Part shown: piece by piece, positions 58,113 through 64,000 of the stretch
Layout of the letters: every line of letters starts with the position of its first letter
How positions within the stretch are numbered: position 1 is the first letter of the stretch
NCBI GenBank assembly: GCA_965213705.1
Contig: OZ243913.1
Coordinates: 3,008,001 to 3,072,000, forward strand
Direction of reading: 5' to 3'
DNA from: Trueperaceae bacterium
GTDB taxonomy: Bacteria; Deinococcota; Deinococci; Deinococcales; Trueperaceae
DNA length: 64,000 nt
Position numbers and translations under genes: made by a program
The notes under the pieces: generated by a model
Database searches by the model: none
What the model was told of the DNA's origin: nothing
The model's input: the letters and a program-made list of their open reading frames with translations, nothing else

Positions 58113-59090
58113 ATGTCTCTAAACGTCCTCTGGCGCAGCAACTTAGCCGCCGACCTCGTCACCGACCACCGAGACTTGTTCGACTCGAGCGTCAGCCTAA
58201 CCGTCGAAACGGACAAAGACGAAGCGAAAAAGCTCAGCGGCTACGAGGTTTTGGTCGACGGCAACCCCAACGCCGCGCTGCTCGACGCGCCGACTTTAAA
58301 GCACGTCGTCGTGCCCTACGTCGGCGTGAACGACGCGTTACGCGAGAACATCCTTGCCAGGCCGCACCTGAACCTCTACAACTCGCACTTCAACGACGCT
58401 TTCGTCGCGCAGCACGCGCTGGCGCTGCTGCTCGCTTGCAGCAACCGCGTCGTCGAAGCCGACACCTTCCTTAGAAAAGGCGACTGGCGACCCCGGCACG
58501 ACGACGCCTTCGAGTCGGTCTTTTTGCCCGGCAAAACGTGTTTGCTGCTCGGCTACGGCGCGATTGGCAGGGCGGTCGAAACGCGTGTGCGCGGCCTCGG
58601 CATGAAGGTCAGCGCCTTGCGACGCGAACCGCAAAAAGGCGGCGAGGTCAAGGAATACGGCCCCGACGAGCTGCACGAAGCGCTGGGCGAGGCGGACGCG
58701 GTCGTCGTCAGCTTGCCCTCGACGCCGCAGACGAAAAACCTGTTGGACGCGGCGGCCCTCAAAGCGCTGCAGCCGGGCGGCATCCTCGTCAACGTCGGGC
58801 GGGGCGACGTTGTCGACCAGCACGCCCTTTACGACGTCTTGAAGTCACAGCACCTGTTCGCCGCCGGGCTGGACGTGTGGTGGAACTATCCCAAAGACGA
58901 ATCGGACCGGGCGCACACTCCCCCCGCCGACGCGCCGCTCTTTGAGCTGCCCAACGTCGTGCTGAGCCCGCACCGCGCCAACCAGGTGCAGGGCTGGGCG
59001 TTTGAAAGTTTGAAAGACGTCTCCCGAACGCTCAACGCGCTCGTTCAAGGCGAGGAGCGCAACCGCGTCGACCCGGACAAGGGGTACTGA
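58113..59090 (+). CDS. D-isomer 2-hydroxyacid dehydrogenase
   Basis: GYGAIG, VNVGRG, GLDVWWNYP, SPHRA. Confidence 0.9.
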   Translation: MSLNVLWRSNLAADLVTDHRDLFDSSVSLTVETDKDEAKKLSGYEVLVDGNPNAALLDAPTLKHVVVPYVGVNDALRENILARPHLNLYNSHFNDAFVAQHALALLLACSNRVVEADTFLRKGDWRPRHDDAFESVFLPGKTCLLLGYGAIGRAVETRVRGLGMKVSALRREPQKGGEVKEYGPDELHEALGEADAVVVSLPSTPQTKNLLDAAALKALQPGGILVNVGRGDVVDQHALYDVLKSQHLFAAGLDVWWNYPKDESDRAHTPPADAPLFELPNVVLSPHRANQVQGWAFESLKDVSRTLNALVQGEERNRVDPDKGY

Positions 59091-59256
59091 GAAGATTGAC
59101 GACTGAGAAGATTGACGAGCGTGCTGGTAAACATGACAAAACGGTGCGGCACAGGCGGGAGTACACCGAACCTCTTCCGGTTCACGGTTTCGTCGCTGAA
59201 AGTCTCGAGCCGTCCTGTTTCGAACACCGCCCAAACCTTGTGGGCCGCGTCGCGAG

Positions 59257-59463
59257 CTAGCGGCGGCCGGGACGGTTGAAGAGGCTACCGGCAAGTTGAA
59301 ACACGGACTCGAGCACGTACCAGGTGCCCAAAAACGCCAGACACTCGAGCGCGAAACTGTGAAACTTGTAAAAAAATTCGGCGATGAAAAACGAGATGAC
59401 GAAGCTGGGCAGCGCCCTGGCGACGACTTGACGCACGGGACTCGAGTGGATAAGTGTGAACAT
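59257..59463 (-). CDS. small two-TM membrane protein
   Basis: AAAGGAG RBS; IAEFFYKFHSFALECLAFL.TW motif. Confidence 0.65.
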   Translation of the reverse strand: MFTLIHSSPVRQVVARALPSFVISFFIAEFFYKFHSFALECLAFLGTWYVLESVFQLAGSLFNRPGRR

Positions 59464-59580
59464 GGTATCTCCTTTGAGGTTTGAAAATTATACGTTTAAT
59501 GTCTTTCGGTATTGCGCCCATCCCCTGAGTAGTAACTCGAGGGATGGGCTGTAATGAAAAAGGCTTACTCGAGCTGGATT

Positions 59581-61128
59581 TTATTCCAGCCAGGTCGTTC
59601 GCAGCCCGAGGTAACTCGTGTTCGGAAAGTGCTCGAAGCCCCGAACGTTATTGCGGATCGCCTCGTACTGCGCGGAGTGGTACAGGAAAATGTGCGGCGC
59701 TTCGTCGAGAATCAGGTTTTGCGCTTCGGTGTAGATGGTTTTGCGCTCCTCCGGGTCGGCCGCTTGACGGCCCTGCTCCAACAGCGCGTCCAGCTCGGAG
59801 TTACTGTACAGCCCCAAGTTGCCGCCGCCGCCCGTGTGGAACACGTCGTACAAAAAGTCGTCCGGGTCGCTCTGGCCCGACTCGCCCAGGATCGTCGCGT
59901 CAAAGTCGTTCTCTAAGACTCTGGGTAAATAGATGCTCCAGTCTTCCGGCACGATGTTGACCGTCACGCCGATGTCGGCCAAGTTCGCCTGGATAATCTC
60001 GGCCGGCGTGCGCAGAAAGTCGTAGGTGCTGGTGACGTAGAGGTCGAAGGTGAAACCGTCCGGGTAGCCCGCTTCGGTGAGGAGTTCCCTGGCTTTTTGG
60101 ACGTCGCGGCCGTCGTAGGGGCTGGACTCCACGGCGTAAAACTGGCCCACCGGGACCGTCGTGCCGGTCGCGGCGACCCCGCCGGTGCCGAACAGGGCGA
60201 CGTCCACCACCTCTTGTTCATCGACGGCGTAAGCGAGCGCCTCGCGCACGAGTTTGTTGTCGAAGGGCGGGCGGGTCACGTTGAGGTAGATGCTGCGAAA
60301 GTTCGCCGACAAACCGCCCACGACCTCGACCTCGGGGTCGGCCCGAAGGATGTCCACGTCGGGCGCGGGCACGTACTCGACAAAGTCGGCGTTGCCGGTT
60401 TGAATGGCGGTCGTGCGGGCGGTCGGTTCGGGATAAAAGGTGAAAGTGACGCCGTCTAAGTAGGGCAGCGGGTTACCGCCCTCGTCGGTGCCCCAAAAGT
60501 TCTCGTTTTTCTCCAAAACGAGTCGCGTTTGCGGCACGTACTCGGCGAACCGGAACGGCCCGGTGCCGACGACGACACTGTTGAGGTCGTTCCCGTTGGC
60601 AAGCGCCACCTCTTCGGAGACGATGACGTTGAGGCTTTGCGCCAACTTGGCGAGCAACGGGCTGAACGGCTCGGACAGGGTGATGACGACGGTCGAATCG
60701 TCGGGCGCGCTGACCGACTCGACGACCGCGAAGTCGCCCGAGCGGGGCGAGGCTATTTCCGGGTCGACGATGCGTTGCAGCGAAAACACCACGTCCGACG
60801 CCCTCAGCGGCGTGCCGTCGTGAAAAGTGACGCCGTCGCGCAGCTCGAACGTCCAGGTGAGGCCGTCCTCGCTCGCCACCCAGGACTCGGCCAGACCGGG
60901 CACGATTTTGAGGCTGCTGTCGAACATCACCAGGGTGTCGTAGACGTTCTCGAGCATGTTGCGGGTCGAGGTGGCTTGCGTCGAGTGCGGGTCGAGGCCG
61001 ACCGGGTCGGTCTGCATCCCGGCACGGAGCACGCCGCCGTATTGAGGAGTGGATTCAGATTGGGCCGCGGCCAGCGTCGCGACGAAACCGAAACCTAAAA
61101 GAACCAGCAGGACGAAAAAACGCTTCAT
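59581..61128 (-). CDS. Dpp/Opp-family (SBP_bac_5) ABC substrate-binding protein
   Basis: Signal peptide; LDP, PGLAESW, FHDG, GTGPF, PFD...VREAL. Confidence 0.92.
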   Translation of the reverse strand: MKRFFVLLVLLGFGFVATLAAAQSESTPQYGGVLRAGMQTDPVGLDPHSTQATSTRNMLENVYDTLVMFDSSLKIVPGLAESWVASEDGLTWTFELRDGVTFHDGTPLRASDVVFSLQRIVDPEIASPRSGDFAVVESVSAPDDSTVVITLSEPFSPLLAKLAQSLNVIVSEEVALANGNDLNSVVVGTGPFRFAEYVPQTRLVLEKNENFWGTDEGGNPLPYLDGVTFTFYPEPTARTTAIQTGNADFVEYVPAPDVDILRADPEVEVVGGLSANFRSIYLNVTRPPFDNKLVREALAYAVDEQEVVDVALFGTGGVAATGTTVPVGQFYAVESSPYDGRDVQKARELLTEAGYPDGFTFDLYVTSTYDFLRTPAEIIQANLADIGVTVNIVPEDWSIYLPRVLENDFDATILGESGQSDPDDFLYDVFHTGGGGNLGLYSNSELDALLEQGRQAADPEERKTIYTEAQNLILDEAPHIFLYHSAQYEAIRNNVRGFEHFPNTSYLGLRTTWLE

Positions 61129-61254
61129 GGTGTAACCTTTCCGGCTCACTTGACTGAACCCAAACGGAACGAAAACGGGGGCGGACTGAGCGAAACTGAA
61201 AAACTCTACCAAATTTCTCAGACCTGAGAAAGCCGCTTTCCAAAACCTCCCGTT

Positions 61255-62124
61255 TCAGCCGGACTTCAGACGCGGGTCGAGAACGTCTCTCAGACCGTCG
61301 CCCAACAAGTTGAAGCCGAGCACTGCGACCATGATAGCCAATCCGGGCGCAACTGTGGCCCAAGGGCTCAGCGCCAAAAAGCGCCGGTTCTCCGCAATCA
61401 TCTGACCCCAGCTCGGCGCGGGCGGCGGCGTGCCGAGGCCCAAAAACGACAAGCCCGCTTCTATGAGGATGGCGTAGGCGAGCCGCAAGCTGACCTCGAC
61501 GATGATGGGGGCGAGGGCGTTGGGCAAGAGCGTCAGAAACAGGGTGCGCGCGTCGGAACTCCCGGCGGCGCGGCTCGCCTCGACGAACAACTCTTCGCGC
61601 AGCGCCAAAACCGCGGCGCGCGCCACTCGAGCGAACGGCCCCACGTAAACGATGCCGACGGCGAGAACCAAGCTGCCGAACCCGCTGCCCAAAAAAGCCA
61701 GCAGCGCAATCGCTAGGAGCACCGCTGGAAACGACAGCAAAATATCGGTGAAGCGCATGACGAGCACGTCCAGCAGGCCGCCGTAATAGCCCGCGAACAG
61801 TCCCAAGAGCGTGCCGACCAAGCTGGATACCAAAATCGCCACGCCCGCGACCGAAAGCGAGGTGCGCCCGCCGTATACGACGCGCGAAAACGTGTCGCGC
61901 CCGTACTGGTCGGTGCCTAAGAGATGTGTGGTGGACGGCCCCTGCAAACGGTCGGGCGAGTTGAGGGCTACGGGGTCGTAAGGCGCGACGACGGGCGCGA
62001 ACACGGCGCTCAAAACGACCAGCGTGATGAGCAGCAGGCCCGTCGCCCCCGAAACGTTTTTGAGGAGTTTCTCAAAGTTGAGGGCAATCCGTCCTCCGGC
62101 TGACGCCCTGAACACAAACCTCAA
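61255..62124 (-). CDS. DppC-like ABC permease
   Basis: HLLGTDQYGRD, FVEASRAAG, EAGLSFLGLG, LGDGLRD.LDP; start uncertain (TTG overlapping the upstream stop). Confidence 0.88.
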   Translation of the reverse strand: MRFVFRASAGGRIALNFEKLLKNVSGATGLLLITLVVLSAVFAPVVAPYDPVALNSPDRLQGPSTTHLLGTDQYGRDTFSRVVYGGRTSLSVAGVAILVSSLVGTLLGLFAGYYGGLLDVLVMRFTDILLSFPAVLLAIALLAFLGSGFGSLVLAVGIVYVGPFARVARAAVLALREELFVEASRAAGSSDARTLFLTLLPNALAPIIVEVSLRLAYAILIEAGLSFLGLGTPPPAPSWGQMIAENRRFLALSPWATVAPGLAIMVAVLGFNLLGDGLRDVLDPRLKSG

Positions 62125-63071
62125 CCGTAGCGGATGCGCGGGTCGATGAGGGAATATGCGAGGTCGACGAGCAAGTTGACGAGGATGAACGCGCCCGCGA
62201 TGAAAATAATCGCGCCCTGCACCACCGGGTAGTCGCGCAGGTTGATGCCCTCGAGCGCAAACCGCCCCACCCCCGGCAGACTGAACACCTGCTCGATGAT
62301 AATCGAGCCGCCCAGCAGCGCCCCGAACTGCAAACCGATGACCGTGATGACCGGGATGAGCGCGTTGCGCAGCGCGTGCCGGTAGGTGACGCGCGGCTCG
62401 GCGAGTCCTTTGGAGCGGGCGGTGCGGACAAAGTCGCGGCTCAAGACCTCCAACATGCTGGAGCGCACGATGCGGGTAAGCGCCGCAGCCAGCACCAACC
62501 CGAGCGAAACCGCGGGCAAAACCATGTGCTCTAAGTTGGCGAGCGGCGCTTCGGCAAAGGGGACGTAACCCGCGGGCGGCAACCACCTCAGTTTGAGCGA
62601 GAACAGCAAAATGAGCAGGATGCTTAGAAAAAACCCCGGAATCGACAACCCCAGCAGCGCAAACACCGACACGAGCGCGTCGAGGAGTTTACCCCGGTGC
62701 AGCGCGGCGGCGACGCCCAACGGCACCGCGACCGCGAGCGCGACGAGCAAACTGAGCAGGGTGAGCTCGAGCGTCACCGGAAAGCGCAGCGCTAAGTCCG
62801 TGAGGATAGGTCGCCCGGTGCGCAGCGAACTGCCCAAGTCCCCCTGCAACAGCGCCCCGAACCATTGTATAAACTGTTCGTGAACGGCTAAGTCGAGCCC
62901 GAACATGCGCCGCATTTCAGCTAAGCGCTCGGCGCTCACGTTGCCTTCTAACCCCACCAACTGCGTGACCACGTCGCCGGGCACCGCCCGCATCAGCACA
63001 AACGTCAGCAAGACCACGCCGAACAGGGCGGGAACCCCGAGCAACAGCTGCCGGAGAAAATAAAGAAGCAC
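62121..63071 (-). CDS. DppB-like ABC permease
   Basis: GDLGSS, FVRTARSKGL, HALRNA, EQVF..PG.G, DPRI. Confidence 0.92.
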   Translation of the reverse strand: MLLYFLRQLLLGVPALFGVVLLTFVLMRAVPGDVVTQLVGLEGNVSAERLAEMRRMFGLDLAVHEQFIQWFGALLQGDLGSSLRTGRPILTDLALRFPVTLELTLLSLLVALAVAVPLGVAAALHRGKLLDALVSVFALLGLSIPGFFLSILLILLFSLKLRWLPPAGYVPFAEAPLANLEHMVLPAVSLGLVLAAALTRIVRSSMLEVLSRDFVRTARSKGLAEPRVTYRHALRNALIPVITVIGLQFGALLGGSIIIEQVFSLPGVGRFALEGINLRDYPVVQGAIIFIAGAFILVNLLVDLAYSLIDPRIRYG

Positions 63072-63127
63072 AGCAGTCAGTATGACACTTTCGACCCGGA
63101 CGCTCGAGCCCGACTAGGGTTGGCACC

Positions 63128-63445
63128 TCAAGGAACCGTCGTCACGACCTCTTCGGAAATCAAGAAGACGGGGTCGGCGATGTTTTCTAAGTCCCGCTCG
63201 AGCTGCCGCTGCGCCTCCTCGCTGAAAAAAGCGGCTTCCAAATCCTTGAGCGTCGCAAAGTACGCTTCGGTGACGTAGCGGTAGCGGGGCGGGCCCAATG
63301 GGGTCTCGAGCCCCACGTAAAAGTCCGTCCTGAGGACGCCGGGGGCGTTTGAATTGCTCGCCTGGTGGGGGCCGGTGCGCCAGGCCAGAAAAGCCTCGTG
63401 GTCGGCTCCGGCGGGCAGGTTGTACAAAACGGTGAGTTTGACCAT
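63128..63445 (-). CDS. EthD-family (Dabb barrel) protein
   Basis: MVKLTVLY...F..W...H...PG...YRYVTEAYF. Confidence 0.75.
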   Translation of the reverse strand: MVKLTVLYNLPAGADHEAFLAWRTGPHQASNSNAPGVLRTDFYVGLETPLGPPRYRYVTEAYFATLKDLEAAFFSEEAQRQLERDLENIADPVFLISEEVVTTVP

Positions 63446-63492
63446 AGGCGTAGTTATATCTTGTCGTTCATGTTTTTGTCGCCCCGGACGGC

Positions 63493-63999
63493 CTACTGAA
63501 TTTTCACCCTGAACTGCACGTAGCCCGATTCACCGAACGACATCTTGTCCTTGTTGCAAACCCCGCCGGGAGTGGTGCCGTTGCCGCCGGTCAGCGTGAC
63601 GCGCAACGTGGTGCGGCCGGAGTTGGGCGCGGTACTGGCCCCGTAGTTCGGGCTGGCAACGTCTAAGTCGATAGGTTGGGCGGCGGCACCCGGACAGGTG
63701 AACTCCAGCTCGCCCGCGCCGTACTGGTTCGTTTGCAACGTCGTGTAAAAAGGCAACGCGTCCGTCAAGGAAATGTCGTAGCTGCTTCCTCCTTGGCTCA
63801 AGTAGGTGACGCGGTACTCGAGGACGTCCCCCGGCAAGCCGGTGTTGTTGGTCCTGAACACGCCGCCGCGCGTGACGTTGCGGACCTCCTTGACGAGTTC
63901 CAAAGCCGCGCGGGGGGTGTCGTCGCTGGCAACGACCGCCGTCGCCGAGGCGTAACTCGCCAGACCGTACACGTGGGTGTCGACGAAGGCCGAGTCGCC
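63493..63999 (-). CDS. 3' part of a DUF11-like repeat surface protein (truncated by the window edge)
   Basis: LELVKEV...PGDVLEYRVTY...LTDALP...G.V.F.V.I; the frame runs to the window end. Confidence 0.65.
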   Translation of the reverse strand, partial: GDSAFVDTHVYGLASYASATAVVASDDTPRAALELVKEVRNVTRGGVFRTNNTGLPGDVLEYRVTYLSQGGSSYDISLTDALPFYTTLQTNQYGAGELEFTCPGAAAQPIDLDVASPNYGASTAPNSGRTTLRVTLTGGNGTTPGGVCNKDKMSFGESGYVQFRVKIQ

Positions 64000-64000
64000 G

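Noticed and set aside
59087..59118. 16-bp direct repeat CTGAGAAGATTGACGA x2 as a target-site duplication
   Set aside because: The copies are adjacent with no element between them, consistent with a simple local duplication.

Overview
GC-rich bacterial chromosomal window, most consistent with Deinococcota (Trueperaceae-like). This rests on the DUF1999/HMA/DUF503 cluster, a Deinococcus-type OmpR response regulator, and many leaderless genes with a TANNNT box 5-8 nt before the start codon. Housekeeping genes include truA, moaC, fakA-like, pyrF, luxS, hemE, hemF, dxr, rseP and hisD. The window also holds a complete alternative complex III operon (actABCDEF plus actG-like), a pullulanase, a BMP-family purine/nucleoside ABC transporter divergent from a Rieske demethylase-like oxygenase, a Dpp-type ABC cluster, a BlaI/BlaR1 pair, a lone AddA-like helicase-nuclease and three toxin loci (orphan PemK/MazF, VapBC, HicBA). 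The most striking signal is the orphan PemK/MazF toxin. It has no protein antitoxin but is followed by a convergent sigma70-type promoter that would drive a ~50-nt twin-hairpin RNA, a candidate RNA antitoxin. Other notable observations are strong enrichment of the palindrome CTCGAG (HIP-like), a five-gene cluster of orphan immunity-like proteins, and several heptamer/14-17-mer repeat elements in intergenic regions. No rRNA, tRNA, CRISPR array or transposase was seen. All family calls come from motif recognition by eye, not database searches.
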